From the NCBI GenBank assembly GCA_000004695.1, contig CM000153.2:2176001-2240000 (forward strand): 64,000 nucleotides of DNA, in the 5' to 3' direction. This document shows, one piece after another, positions 1 through 17,701 of the stretch; the stretch's first letter is position 1, and each line of letters starts with the position of its first letter. The notes under the pieces are model-generated. The model saw nothing but the letters and a program-made list of their open reading frames with translations. It was not told the origin of the DNA and did no database searches. The position numbers and the translations under genes are program-made. This DNA comes from Dictyostelium discoideum. Its lineage: Eukaryota.

Positions 1-3
1 TTG

Positions 4-1261
4 TTAATTATTTTGTGGTGAGGTTGGAGATGATTGTTGATTTTGTTGTTGCTGTTGTTGTTGTTGTTGTTGTTGTTGTTGAACAGCAGCGGCAGCAGCA
101 GCAGCGGCAGCTTGTTGTTGTTCAGCTTTATTAACTAAAGCAATTAAAACTTCTTTAGTTTCCAATAGATCGTGTGGAATATAAAAGTTATCTCTTCTAA
201 CGGTTTCCCAAATGGTGACATCAAAGAAAAAGAAAGAACCAACCTCAAAGGTTGAGGTTATATTTGGTTCAGTACCTTGAACACGAGTTAACCATATCTT
301 TCCTTCTTTGTGATATCTCCAATCTCTATCATACAATTCGATGGCTGCATGTAATTGTAATACATCCTTTGGCATTGAATAAAATATATAAAATAGTGTT
401 TCATATGTGAATAGGTTCATCTTGAATGTTGGTGATTCTAAATTTGGTGTAGAATAACACAACGGGATATAATATTCAGGTTTTCTCGAAATTGAATAAT
501 CTACCCATGGTGATCCAAATGAATTTGATATTTCCCTAAAATAAAATTACCATGATCATTTTTTTTTTTTTTTTTAAAATATTTGATTAATATTAATATT
601 TGTTTGTTTTTTTTTTTTTTTTTTTTTTTTTGAATAAACCTATTATTATTACTATAATTTACCCTTGAGAATTTAAATTTAAACCTAACGCTGTTAAATC
701 AATACCAATGGAAAGGGTACTTATATCTAAATCTGTATTTTTAATTACACTTAATAAACCTAATAAACCATATTTTCCATTATCTTTATCAACAATATTA
801 AAATCTTTTCTTTGATATTCTTCGTGACCTTGATCATAACCTAAATGATGGTGAAGTGAATTTTCATCTGATGAAAATGTATTATTACTATTATTATTAT
901 TACTATTATTATTATTGTTATTATTACTATTATTATTATTATTATTATTAGTGTTATTATTTTGATTATTATTATTATTATTACTATTATTTTTTGATTG
1001 AGCTAAATTGAATAAATATGTATTAGTATTGATAAAATAAATATAATTAAAGTATGATAATAGGTAAGGATAGATGATGTGATGACAGATGGATGAATGA
1101 TGATTGAAAACAATAGTAATTTTGCTATTACTGCTGTTAATTAATATATTATTGTATTAATGATTGAAATTTACCATTTTTATTTGAGGTACTGCTCAGT
1201 ACGGGGAAATCGTTGTTTAAATCAAAATTATTATTATTATTGTTATTGTTATTATTATTGA

Positions 1262-1294
<33 letters not shown>

Positions 1295-1333
1295 CTTTTC
1301 CTTGTTGTTTTTGAAGAGGTGATGTGGAAGAAA

Positions 1334-1376
<43 letters not shown>

Positions 1377-1931
1377 ATTGTTATTATTATTGTTATTACT
1401 ATTATAAGGATAATTTTGCATGCCTTGTATTATTGGTCCATTGCTATTAATATTTCCTCTTTGTTGTTGTTGTTGTGTGTTTTGTTGTGCGTTATTTACA
1501 TTACCATTCATTCTTGGTATATTTTGAAGATTTGGTGAGCTGGATGTTGTTGGCGTATTTGGTGTTGATCTTGATAATGGTTGTTGAGGTTGTTGTTGTT
1601 GTTGTGGTGGTGGTGGTGGCTGCTGTGAATTCGAAGATGATATTGGTCTTCCATTATTGTTATTATTGGTATTATTGTTATTATTCATCATATTCATATT
1701 ATTTATATTGGTTGCCATATTACCTCCAGTTGGCATCCCATTGATATTACTATTATTTCCAACCCTATTATTATTAATATTACTACTATTATTGTTGTTA
1801 TTATTTTGATTTTGTCCACCCATCATATTTTGATTTTGTCCTCTAAAATTTTGCTGTTGATTTTGTTGGTTTTGATTTTGTTGTTGGTTTAAATGTTGTG
1901 GTCCTTGCCTATTTATCATTGGATTAATCAT
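4..1931 (-). CDS. CCR4-NOT complex subunit NOT2 (CNOT2)-like. Model is complement(join(4..535,663..1002,1175..1931)), with the stop at 4-6. The N-terminus may continue upstream toward the gap at 2481.
   Basis: The C-terminal exon (4..535) and middle exon (663..1002) encode a NOT2/NOT3/NOT5 NOT-box. Motifs include LGLLGLLSVIKNTDLDISTLSIGIDLTALGLNLNS, FGSPW and LFYIFYSMPKDVLQLHAAIELYDRDWRYHKEGKIWLTR, nearly colinear with human CNOT2. Intron 536..662 is GTAAAT...TTTTAG on the minus strand, and intron 1003..1174 is GTAAAT...CAATTTAG. The upstream exon is N/Q/P-rich low complexity. Confidence 0.8.
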
Positions 1932-2480
1932 TTCTGGTCCTTTATTTTCATTAATATTGTTATTTTTATTTTATTATTATTATTATTATTGGTTAGTACG
2001 GCTACAAAAAAGAGAAAAGAAGAGAAAGAAGAGAAAAATGAGTCTTACTGGATTGCAAATTAAAATTACTATAATTCATATTTGGATTTGCATAGTTTGC
2101 ATAATTCATCATTCCAGGATGAGGTTGCTGCTCATGATCAATATCATGATCATCTTTGTTATACTGAGACATTTTTTTTTTTTTTTTTTTAATATTCGAT
2201 ATTAATATTTACCCTTTTTTTTTTTTTTTTTTTTTTTTTCTTCTTTCTCTTTTCTTCTTTTTCGAATGGGAAACTATATTATGTGTAATTTAATATTTGC
2301 TTTTATGGTCAGTAACTTTTTTTTTTTATTTTTTTTTAAAAATTCTTTATTTATTTTGTTTTTTAAATTTGCTTACCTTTTTTTTTTTTTTAATTTATTT
2401 AAATTTCATTTGTTTTTTTTTTTTTTTTTTTTTTTCTTTGTTTGAAAAAAATAATTAAATAAAAAAGGTACCGAGCTGAT

Positions 2481-2580
2481 NNNNNNNNNNNNNNNNNNNN
2501 NNNNNNNNNNNNNNNNNNNNNNNNNNNNNNNNNNNNNNNNNNNNNNNNNNNNNNNNNNNNNNNNNNNNNNNNNNNNNNNN
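2481..2580. other. Assembly gap of 100 N. Identical 100-N gaps lie at 19412..19511, 24851..24950 and 45003..45102.
   Basis: Runs of n are present in the sequence. The ORF-track entries containing X (19189..19542, 19379..19576, 44940..45155, 44978..45190) are artefacts that span these gaps. Confidence 1.
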
Positions 2581-2587
2581 CTTTTGG

Positions 2588-2622
<35 letters not shown>

Positions 2623-2850
2623 AAAAATTTTTAAATTTTTTTTATTATTTTTTTTTTATTTTTTTTTTTTTTTCAAAATTGAACTCAAATTGTTTTTTTT
2701 TTTTATAATTTTTTATAATTTTTTTTTTTTGTATTATTTTTGTTATAATTATTTTTCATTTTTTTTTTTTTTTTCAAGTACCTTTTCCCCCTTTGTTCCA
2801 TTACCAATTTTAGAATTTAATTAATTAAATATATATATATTGAACTTAAA

Positions 2851-3736
<886 letters not shown>

Positions 3737-3760
3737 TATAACATATAATATAAAACAAAA

Positions 3761-3796
<36 letters not shown>

Positions 3797-3934
3797 CAAA
3801 AAAATACATAAACGATTATATATTTATTTTAAACAAAAATAAGTTTATTTTTATTTTTATCATTGTCTATTTTTATTTTTATTTTGGGTCTAAAATTTAT
3901 TTTTTGATTTTTTTTTTTTTTGGTCAAAAATTTT

Positions 3935-3970
<36 letters not shown>

Positions 3971-4041
3971 TTCATTTCTTTTTTAATTGTAACCTGATTG
4001 TGTGTGTTTATTTACTTTTTTTTAATATAATTTCAAGAATA

Positions 4042-4297
4042 ATGGATCAATACAATAGTAATAATAATTTCAATGGCGGCAGAAACAACAACAATAATTT
4101 TGATGATAATTCTCAATATAATGGATATGATAATAACATGAACAACCAATTCAACAATAATGATAATCAATATAATAATAATAACAACAATCAATATAAT
4201 CAATATGACAATAACAGTAACAACAATAACAATAACAATAATAATAATAATAATAATAGTGATAATAATTACAACAATTACAATAATTTTAATAATT

Positions 4298-4356
<59 letters not shown>

Positions 4357-4378
4357 TTTAATAACAATAATAATAATT

Positions 4379-4419
<41 letters not shown>

Positions 4420-5240
4420 CAATATAACCAACAAGATTTTATAATGAATCAATTAAATGATATGTTAGATAGAATTGATTCATCTCAAGATTATATAAAG
4501 AATACAAAAGAATGGATAATGAATAATTGCTTCAACTCTGTTGTATTTGTTAATTTTATAACGAAAAAAGTAACAGAGATTAGTCCAGATCAAAAACTAT
4601 TCATTTTATTTTTAATTAGCGATATTTTACATTTTAGGTATGTTTTGATTTTTAATCATTTTTTTATTTATTAACAATTTAACTTTTTTTTTTTTTTAGG
4701 AAATACCAATAATTTAATTGTTCAATATATTAATAAATTTTTTTTAGTCAATTTAATAGGATAGAAGGAAGACCAGAATATTTTATACAACCTTTTTATC
4801 AAAATTTACCAATGATTTTATCAAACACATATTATATAATAAATCAACCAATGAGAGATCAAGTTAATAATGTAAATATATCCTATCATTAATATATAAT
4901 ATATATTATTATTATTTGAATTATTAATTTTTAATTTTTTAAAAAAAAAAAAAAAAAAAAAAAACAGATTTTAAATTTATGGATAGAAAGAAATATTTAT
5001 ACAAAGAGTGAAGTTGAGGAATTAAAAAAATATTTAAAAAAATCACCACCACCTGGAGTTGCAATTACACCAGGTGTTACAGTTTCTCATATTCGTTTAT
5101 CACTAGATGTTACATTACCATTGAATTCACAAGATATTGACTATTATCATTTATATAATTTTGATAGATCTGAAAATAATACTCCACTTTATAATTCTAT
5201 AGATCATTTTTATAAAACAATTTACAAAGAAACACAATAA
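4042..5240 (+). CDS. CID (RPR) domain protein of the Rtt103/RPRD1/Pcf11 type, with a poly-Asn N-terminal linker. Model is join(4042..4637,4760..4871,4968..5240).
   Basis: After an N-rich tract the protein reads IKNTKEWIMNNCFNSVVFVNFITKKVTEISPDQKLFILFLISDILHF, then (exon 3) ILNLWIERNIYTKSEVEELKKYL. This matches the CID-domain consensus (TxWI...LYLaNDVlQ...vLniWeeRgifs). Introns are GTATGT...TTAATAG (4638..4759) and GTAAAT...AAACAG (4872..4967). The phases are consistent and the stop is at 5238-5240. Confidence 0.75.
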
Positions 5241-5615
5241 TAAATAATAAATAATAAAGTAAAAAAAAATTATTATTTTTTTTTTTTTTTTATTTTTCAT
5301 TAAAAAAAAAAAAAAAAAAAAAAAAATAATAAAATTTTTGGTAACGAGGGAAAGGTGTCTAGAAATTAATTTTATTTCTTTATTTTTTTTATATGTATAA
5401 AAAAAGATAATTATTTTTAATAAAAATATCATTTAGGAATTCTTTTTTTAATTTCAGGAAAATACACATAAAAAAATTAACGCCAAATTTTTTTATTTTT
5501 ATTTTTAAATTTTTATTTTTTATTTTTTTTACTTTTTTTTTTTTTTTTTTTTTTTTCACTTTTATTTTTTGATTTCTCTTTTTTTTAAACTACCACCGAC
5601 CCCACCCACACATTG

Positions 5616-6072
5616 ATGATTTTATTAAAAAGTTTAATAAATAAATCATCATTATCATCACCATCATTTAAGAGTATTAATAAATCATTAACATTCAAAA
5701 ATATCAATAATTATTATACAACCACCACTACAACAACAAGTTTAAATTTAAAGAGTAATATATTATTTAATAATAGTGACAATAAAATGAGCATTGACAA
5801 TAAAGAAAAAATCCGTGCAGGTTTAGAAGATCTCATGAAGAGAAGATTCTTCATTACTCAATCTTTTTCAATCTATGGTGGTCAAGCTGGTCTTTACGAT
5901 TATGGTCCACCAGGTTGTGCCGTCAAAGCAAACCTTATCAACCTTTGGAGACAACATTTCGTTTTAAATGAAGATATGTCCGAAGTTGATTGTGTTTCTG
6001 TAACACCAGAACAAGTTTTAAAGTTTGTATTATATTAAATAAATAAATTAATATTAATAAATAAATTTTAAT

Positions 6073-6110
<38 letters not shown>

Positions 6111-7756
6111 TTATTTAAAATTTTAGAGCATCAGGACATGTTGCAAAATTTGCAGATTTTATGGTTAAAGATGAAGTCACAAAAGCATTTTTTAGAGCAG
6201 ATCATATTTTAGAAGCACATATTCAAACATTATTAAAGGATACAAGTAAAATGAGTAAAGAACAAATTGAAGAATTAAATTTTGTATTGGCTAAAGCAGG
6301 TGATTACAATCAAGAACAATTGAAAGAATCATTGATCAAATATAATGTTAAAGCACCAGAGACTGGTAATGCATTAACAGAACCATATCCATTCAATTTA
6401 ATGTTCCAAACTCAAATTGGACCATCAGGTTTATCAACTGGTTACCTTCGTCCAGAGACAGCACAAGGTATTTTCACCAATTTCGGTAAACTCTATGAGT
6501 ATAATGGTAAAAAGTTACCATTTGCCGCCGCACAAATTGGTAATGCCTTTAGAAATGAAATTGCACCACGTGCTGGTTTACTTCGTGTAAGAGAGTTTAC
6601 AATGGCCGAGATTGAGCATTTCGTCAATCCAAACAATAAAACTCACCCAAAATTCAATGAGATCAAAGATGTTGAAGCTAATCTCCTTTCATCAGATTCT
6701 CAAGATAAAACTAGTGAAATCCAAGTTTGCACCTTTGGTGAAGCCGTCGAAAAGAAACTCATTGACAATGAGACACTCGCTTACTTTATGGCTCGTACTC
6801 AACAATTCCTTCACACCGTTGGTATCAAACCAGCTGGTCTTCGTTTCAGACAACATCAAAAGAATGAAATGGCTCATTATGCTCAAGATTGTTGGGATGC
6901 TGAAATCCTCTCTTCCTATGGTTGGGTTGAATGTGTAGGTCATGCCGATCGTTCATGTTATGATCTTAAAGTTCATGCCACTGAATCCAAATCAAATCTC
7001 TCTGCCTACGAGGAATTCAAAGAACCACAATTTGTTGACATTGCAAAGGTTGTCGTTAATCCAGGTGCAATCTCAAAGAAACATAGAGCTGCCGTTTCAC
7101 CAATTAAGAAATACTTGACCGAACTCAAAGATGATCTCGCCAAAGCATTGGAAATCCAAGAAACAATCACCAAGGATGGCTCATACAATTTAGTGTTGGA
7201 TGGTAATACCTACGATATCACCGCCGATATGGTCACCATTAGTAAAGCTCAAGAAAAGAAGAATGGTCATACCTTCTTCCCACATGTCATTGAACCATCA
7301 TTTGGTTTGGGTCGTATCATTTACTCAATTCTCGAACAAAACTATTACACCAGAGAAAATGATGAACAAAGAGGTGTACTCTCTTTACCAGCTATCATCG
7401 CTCCAGTTAAAGCCTCTATCCTTCCTTTAACCTCTTCCGATCGTATCGCTCCATTTGTTCAAACCATTTCAAAGGCACTCAAAGAAGCAAACATCTCAAC
7501 TAAAGTTGATGACACTGGTAATGCCATTGGTAGAAAATACGCTCGTACCGATGAAATTGGTGTTCCATTTGGTGTCACCATCGATTTCCAAACTGTTGAA
7601 GATAACACTGTCACTCTTCGTGAACGTGATACCACTAAACAAGTTCGTATTCCAATCTCTGAATTAGCATCAACTCTTAGAAAACTTTGTGATTTAACTG
7701 TTAGTTGGTCTGATATTTTAAAAACTTTCCCAATTTATGAAGGTCAATCAGAATAA
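5616..7756 (+). CDS. glyS: Glycyl-tRNA synthetase, class II, eukaryotic GARS type. Model is join(5616..6022,6127..7756).
   Basis: Exon 1 encodes [70 protein letters not shown]. Exon 2 encodes [15 protein letters not shown]...[60 protein letters not shown]. The two are colinear with human GARS1 across the splice (GTTTGT...TTTTAG, phase 2). The N-terminal ~55 aa ([25 protein letters not shown]...) is presequence-like, with an internal Met at MSIDNKEK. Confidence 0.9.
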
Positions 7757-8287
7757 AAAAAAAAAATAAAAAAAAAATAAAAAAAAATATATAAATAAAT
7801 TTAAATCAAATAATTAATTATAAAAAAAGATATTTACTTATTTTTAGATATTTTTTATTTTTTTTTTTATTTTTTTTTTTTTTCCTCGATCACCATCGGC
7901 AAAAAATGAAATCAATCGTTTCAAAAAAAAAAAAAAAGTGACGAAAATATTTTATTTTTTTATTTTAAAATATTTTTCAAAACAATTAGATTACTTGAAA
8001 AATTGAAAAAGATATTTTTAAAATGTTTTTTTTTAATATTTTTTTATTTTTTAATATTTTTTTATTTTTTTAATATTTTTTTATTTTTTTATTTTGGTTG
8101 GGGAGTTTCGAATAAAAATTCTTTTAAGACCAAGTTTTAGATTTTTTTTTTTTTTTTTTATTTTTTTTTGATTTCGTCACTCTAGTTAATTATTTTTTTT
8201 ACTATAGTTTTAAAATTATTGAGTAAAAGTCAACTAAAAAAAAATATAAAAAAAAAATTTAAACAAAATAAAATAATTAAATTAACA

Positions 8288-10464
8288 ATGATTACAAATA
8301 AATCAAAGTACTATTTTTTTTTAATTTTAATTTTTATAAATTTTTATTTAATTAATTGTCAAGAAGAATATCCAATTGATCAAACAGGAAAATGCGAACC
8401 TTATATTGGAGATAGTCAAATTACTAAATGTTCAACATTTTTACCAAATATAAGTATGTTATCATTTCTTTAATATTAATATAAATATAAAAAAAAAATT
8501 GTTGTAAAAAAAAAAAAATTGTTTAAAAAAAAAAAATGTTTAAAAAAAAAAAAAAAATAAATTAATTAATTTTAAAAAAATATAAATTAGATTCTATCTA
8601 TGTTTCGGCCAATTCAACACAAAAAGATTCAATGAAAACATTGGATAATTATTTTGGATTACTTTTAGCTGTTGGAAGTGAAAAATGTAAAGATTCGTCA
8701 CTTACATATCAAACATTATGTTCAATGGTAAATATTAAAATTAAAATATTATTTTAATAATTTTAAAAAAAAAAAAAAATAAAAAAAAAAAAAATAATTA
8801 ACTAATTTTAAATTTAAAAAAAGTATTTAAAAGAATGTGAAAGTTTTACAGATAATTCAACTTTAAAAACAGTTTCAATACCAAAAAGAATTTGTCGTAA
8901 AACATGTAATGATGTAACTAAATTATGTAATATTGAAAGTTTATTTAATTGTAGTCAAAATGAACCAATTAATAATTTACCATTATGTCCATTGAATTAT
9001 TCAATCTATGATTTATCATTAGTTAATGGTGATAGTAATTATGAATTACAATGTTATTCACCATTATCAAATGATAGTATTGAAATCCCAGTTACTAATT
9101 ATTGTCCATTTCCATTGATTTATATTAATTCTACTGATCATTCAGCAGATGAAGATAGAGGATACATGTTTGTTTCAGGTAATTCAAATTGTGTAGTACC
9201 AAATCCAGTACCGTTATATACACCAAAACAATGGGATAGATTATATGATCTATCAAATTCATTATCGGTATTATCATGTGTTGGGACATTATTCCTATTA
9301 TTTACATTCAATATTTTAAATAAAAAAATTAATAGATTCGATAGGATGAATTCTCTTTTTAATGGCTCAGTTTTTATGATGTCATTATCTGGTGTTATCA
9401 TTCTATTTGCAGGTGGTCCAAGAGCATTAATTAAAGATGGTGGCGCTCGTATTTCAGTTTGGCAAGATCCATTATGCTCTGCAACAGGTTTCATTTTCCA
9501 ATTATTTTCAATTGCTGCAATTTTATTTTGGGTTGTAATGTCTTTTGAATTATGGTATAAAATTAAATTTATGACTAAAAAATTAGATTTAAAAAAATAT
9601 TATATACCATTCATTATTATAGTTTCATTAGTATTTAGTATTATACCATTAGCAACTAAAAATTATAGAATGATTAGAGGAAATATGCAGTATGTATATA
9701 TAAATATTCAAAAAAAAAAAAAATTATAAAATAATTATTAATTTTTAAATTTATTTATTTTTTCATTAAAAAGTTGTTGGGTACATACAACAAAATTACA
9801 AAATTCATTATTTTGGATACCCTTAGGTATTGCAATTACAATTGGTACAATATTTATTGGATTGGTAATGTTTGAAATTCATAGAATTGTAAGCGCAAAT
9901 TCTAAAGGTGGTGTATTAAAATTAGAAATTAAATCAATTTTAAATGTTGCATTAATTTATTTAACATTCATTTACTTATTTGCATTTAATTTCTATATGA
10001 ATGGTCAAGAAGGTGTGGTTTATGGTCAAATTGAATCATTCTATCAATGTACACTTGAAAATGATGCATCTGAATGTACAATTCAAGGACCTTCAATTGG
10101 TTCACTTGGGTTCTTTATATTTTGTATTAGAATTTATGGTGTTTACTGCTTCATATTACAAGGTTTAAATTATAGAGCTTATAATATATGGAAAGAATCA
10201 ATTTTCTTTAATAATAGATTTGTATCATACATTAAAAATAATATTCTCAATATTGAAACTTCTTCAACTGGAAGTGGTGGAACTTCTACAACTGCATCAG
10301 CAACAACAACAACAACAACTAAAAAACACAACGGTATTGACAGTTTAAATATTGATTCAGCTTTCTCAAAAAATAATGAATCAGACGATGAAGATGATTA
10401 TGATCCATATAAAAAATCTAAAAATAATATAACTTTAAAAGATATCGAAGTTTCAAAATCTTAA
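8288..10464 (+). CDS. Frizzled/Smoothened-like (Fsl family) 7TM receptor with an N-terminal cysteine-rich domain. Model is join(8288..8453,8591..8727,8824..9689,9774..10464).
   Basis: A signal peptide (MITNKSKYYFFLILIFINFYLINC) is followed by a Cys-rich Fz-like domain spread over exons 1-3 (CEPYIGDSQITKCSTFLPNI / KCKDSSLTYQTLCSM / YLKECESF...ICRKTCNDVTKLCN...LPLCP). Seven hydrophobic helices follow, typical of the Dictyostelium Fsl proteins (LSVLSCVGTLFLLFTF ... WVVMSFELWYKIKF ... FWIPLGIAITIGTIFIGLVMFEI ...), then an acidic Ser/Thr tail. Introns are GTATGT...AATTAG, GTAAAT...AAAAAG and GTATGT...AAAAAG, all phase-consistent. Confidence 0.8.
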
Positions 10465-11150
10465 AAAAAATAAAACAAAAAAAAATTATTTATTCTAAAA
10501 ATATAAATCTAAATTAAATTATATAAAATTTTATCACATAACTATTTTTCCAAGGCACTATATGATAAACTTCAAAACAATTAGGATTTATAGGTATAGC
10601 CCATTGTTTTGCATTCATATCTCTTTTAAATTTTAGTTAAATTTAATTAACATTGGCATTTTAGAGGTAACTGAATATTGAATGAGGTAATAAATGAAAT
10701 GGTCACCTAGTATATTTTGGTTTAAATAATTTATTTCTTAAAGAATTGTTAGAAGTGAGCTTTTTTAGAAAGTTCTTGTAAGAATTTGAGATGGTTTCAT
10801 TTTTTTTTTTTTATCATCCCTCTCGTTTTTCCTCAAAATTAAAAACAATTACAAAAAATGAATGATAATAAATTCTAAAAATAAATTCTAAAAATAAATT
10901 TTAGTGAAAAAAAAAAAAAAAATTCAAAAACAATAATGATTACATTCATTTTTTTTATATTTTATATCATTTTGTGTAGTTTTGAGTGTTCTATTTTTTA
11001 GTATAAATTAAATTTATAAATAAATAATTGTTAAAGAAAAAAAAAAAAAAAAAAAAAAAAATAAAAAATGTCTCAATATTTTTTTTTTTAAATTTTTTTT
11101 TTTTTTTTTCAAATTATAAAAAAAAATAAATTCATTACAATTTAATAACC

Positions 11151-12591
11151 ATGCAAAAGTTTGATGCATTTCTTGTATATTCTTATTTACCATTATTACC
11201 TATACATTATGAACCATTCATATATCTATATGATAAAACGACAACATTTGGTAGAGGTAAAAAATCAGATGTGTAAATATTTAAAAAACATTCATATTAT
11301 TGTATATTTAAAAAAACATATACATTTATACTAATTTATTATTTTAATTTAGAGAATTTTTATCAATGAGTGCATCAAGAGAACATTCAAAAATAACAGT
11401 GGAAATAAGTAAAAGAGGTTATAAAGAATACTTTATAGAGGATTTAGATACATTGAATGGTACATTTATAAATGGTGTTAGAATTGAAATTAAAACCAAA
11501 TTAAGACATAATGATAGAATTAGATTTGGTAGTAATTCTTCTGAAGTTAGATATACATTTAAATTAAACTACAAATTATCATTTGAGAATATAAATATCT
11601 TTAAATTTTTAAAATCTCTAGAAAATGATAAACAAAAATTAAAATCTCATCCACTTTCAAAATTATTTACACCTTTATTAGTTGCATCAGATGAACAGGA
11701 GATGGATTTAAAAGATGAAAATAATAATATAGATAATAATAATAATAATAATGATAATAATAATAGTAATAATAATATAGATAATAATAATAATATAGAT
11801 AATAATAATAATATAGATAGTAATATAAATAATATAAATAATAATAACATAATAAAAAAAAAAAATTTAGAAAATGAAAAGATTAAAAAATTACAAGTTA
11901 ATGAAACACCATCAAATAAAACAAATACTTCAACCTCTTTAAATAAAACTGCAAAAAAAACTATAACAAAAACACCAAAAACAATAAATAAAAAAAGAAA
12001 ACATGAAGAAATACATAAAGAGGATGAAGAAAATGAAGAGGATGAAGATGTGGGAGGAGGAGGAGGGGGAGGAGAAGAAGAAAAAGAAGAAAAAGAAGAA
12101 GAAAAGACAGAAATAATTGAAAAAGATTCATTGGTTCAATTTATATTAGCAGATAAATCTTGTAACATTGGTACAGTTATTTCTTATAATAAAAATAAAA
12201 ATTCTTACTTGATTCAAAGGTAATTACAACTGTTTATTAAATTAAATAATTTTCAAAATTTAATTTAATTTATTATTACGTATACTAAAAGAACCAATTA
12301 CTTATTAACATTTCATTTAAATAATTAATTAATTAATTATTTGAAGCGATTCAAAGAGAATTCAAATTAATAATGGAGAGATAGAGAAAGCATGGGTCAA
12401 AAGATTAGAATTTGAAAAAGTTAATATTAAATCTAGAGTAAGGATATTTCAAAATGAAAAGTGGTACAGAGGAGTAATCCTTGAAAAAAGATACAATTCA
12501 GGAGGAAGGATAAAATATGAATACTTAGTTCGACTCATTGATATTAAACAACCTCATATATGGATTGGGGGATCAAAAATATTTAAAGAAT
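11151..12591 (+). CDS. FHA-domain protein with a C-terminal tandem Tudor/Agenet-like region. Model is join(11151..11272,11353..12219,12347..12591).
   Basis: The FHA consensus spans intron 1 (GTAAAT...TTAATTTAG, phase 2): YLYDKTTTFGRGKKSDV|VEFLSMSASREHSKITVEISKRGYKEYFIEDLDTLNGTFINGVRIEIKTKLRHNDRIRFG. The middle is an N/K/E-rich low-complexity linker with a G7 run. The last two exons, joined by GTAATT...TTTGAAG, encode two beta-barrel-like Tudor-type repeats (LVQFILADKSCNIGTVISYNKNKNSYLIQSD... and VRIFQNEKWYRGVILEKRYNSGGRIKYEYLVRLIDIKQPHIWIGGSKIF). Confidence 0.6.
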
Positions 12592-12615
12592 AAATAAAAT
12601 AGTTATTTAAAATAG

Positions 12616-12646
<31 letters not shown>

Positions 12647-13007
12647 GTGACAGACTAAATGATAATTAATTTATAGTTTTTTAAAAGACATATATGGATA
12701 TATGGTCCACCAATACCATGTCTTTTTATTTTTTTATAAGTTTTCTAAAAAAGGGGCGTTTTAAAAATAAAATTAATAAAACAGTGTGGTTAAATTTGTG
12801 GGGGATAAAAAAAAATCTAATAATAATAAAATACATGTAAACTCTTCATTTGTTATTCTATAATAAATAGGTTTATCTTTATACAATTAAAAAATACATT
12901 TCAAAATTAAGTTAAAAACAAATCGAACTAATAAAAAAAAAAAAAAAAAAATAAATAAGAATAAAAAAAATATAAACAATAAAAAATTATTTATTAAATT
13001 TAAAATT

Positions 13008-13051
<44 letters not shown>

Positions 13052-13320
13052 CTATGTACATTAATTTTTAATTATTTATTAAAATTGTTTTGTTATTTAT
13101 ATAGAATTCTAGGATATATAAATGTCAACTATTTTTTTTTTTTTCTTTTACATATTTATATAACTATTGTAGTATTGACAACAAAAAAAAACAATAATAG
13201 TAATAAAAATCTTAAATAATAAATTGATTATCATGCAAAAGTTGTTTTTTTTTTTTTTCTTTTTTTTTTTTCTTGGATCTAGGAGAGGAACTATTTTGAA
13301 ATTTTTTTTTTCTTCTAAAA

Positions 13321-17096
<3,776 letters not shown>

Positions 17097-17635
17097 TGTG
17101 TGGCGATTTATATTTTGTGGTTTTTTTATTTTTTTTTTAATTGGTTGTAATGATGATGTTATTTAATTCGAATTGGGTCAATGATATTTTTAAATTTAAA
17201 TTATTTTCTTTTTAAATTTATATTATTTTTATAACCTTTTTAACTATTATTTATATTTATATTATTAAATTTAATTTTAAATTTTTTTTGTTTTTTTTTT
17301 TTTTTTATAATTATTGAGGTTCAATTTATATGATAATATGTTTTGAAAACAAAAAAAAAAAAATAAAAAAAAATTTATTAACCTAAATTTTAAAAAAAAA
17401 ATAAAAAAATAAATAAATAATTAATTTAATAATTAGTACTGGTTTTTTTTTATTTTTTATTGTTTGAACTACAATGAATGTAAGACGATATTTGAAAAAA
17501 AAAAAAAAAAAAATAAAAAAAATAAAAATTTTTACTTTAAAAAGTGATGGTTTTGGAAAATAAAAATAAAAAAAAAATAAAAATTGAAAAAAAAATTTGA
17601 ACTTACTTTGTACAAGACCGATGATTGTTTAATAG

Positions 17636-17701
<66 letters not shown>

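Noticed and set aside
4033-4452. ORFs inside low-complexity tracts, for example 4033..4452(-), 4160..4444(+), 3426..3698(-), 2998..3180(-), 13347..13547(-), 13224..13919(+ cluster), 14428..14663, 15101..15482, 16070..16285, 32139..32372(-), 33545..33845.
   Set aside because: They are translations of (AAT)n, (TTG)n and homopolymer repeats or of the opposite strand of real genes (poly-I/L/N/Y peptides). They reflect no independent coding signal.
6612-7667. Alternative-frame ORFs within the glyS exon (6612..6938, 6692..6943, 7006..7188, 7200..7430, 7455..7667).
   Set aside because: They are nested in a strongly conserved aminoacyl-tRNA synthetase frame and have no homology support of their own.
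10540-10800. Lower-AT segment downstream of the Fsl gene, considered as a possible small ncRNA.
   Set aside because: I saw no conserved snRNA or snoRNA box pattern or stable-structure signature. It is more likely a 3' UTR or neutral sequence.
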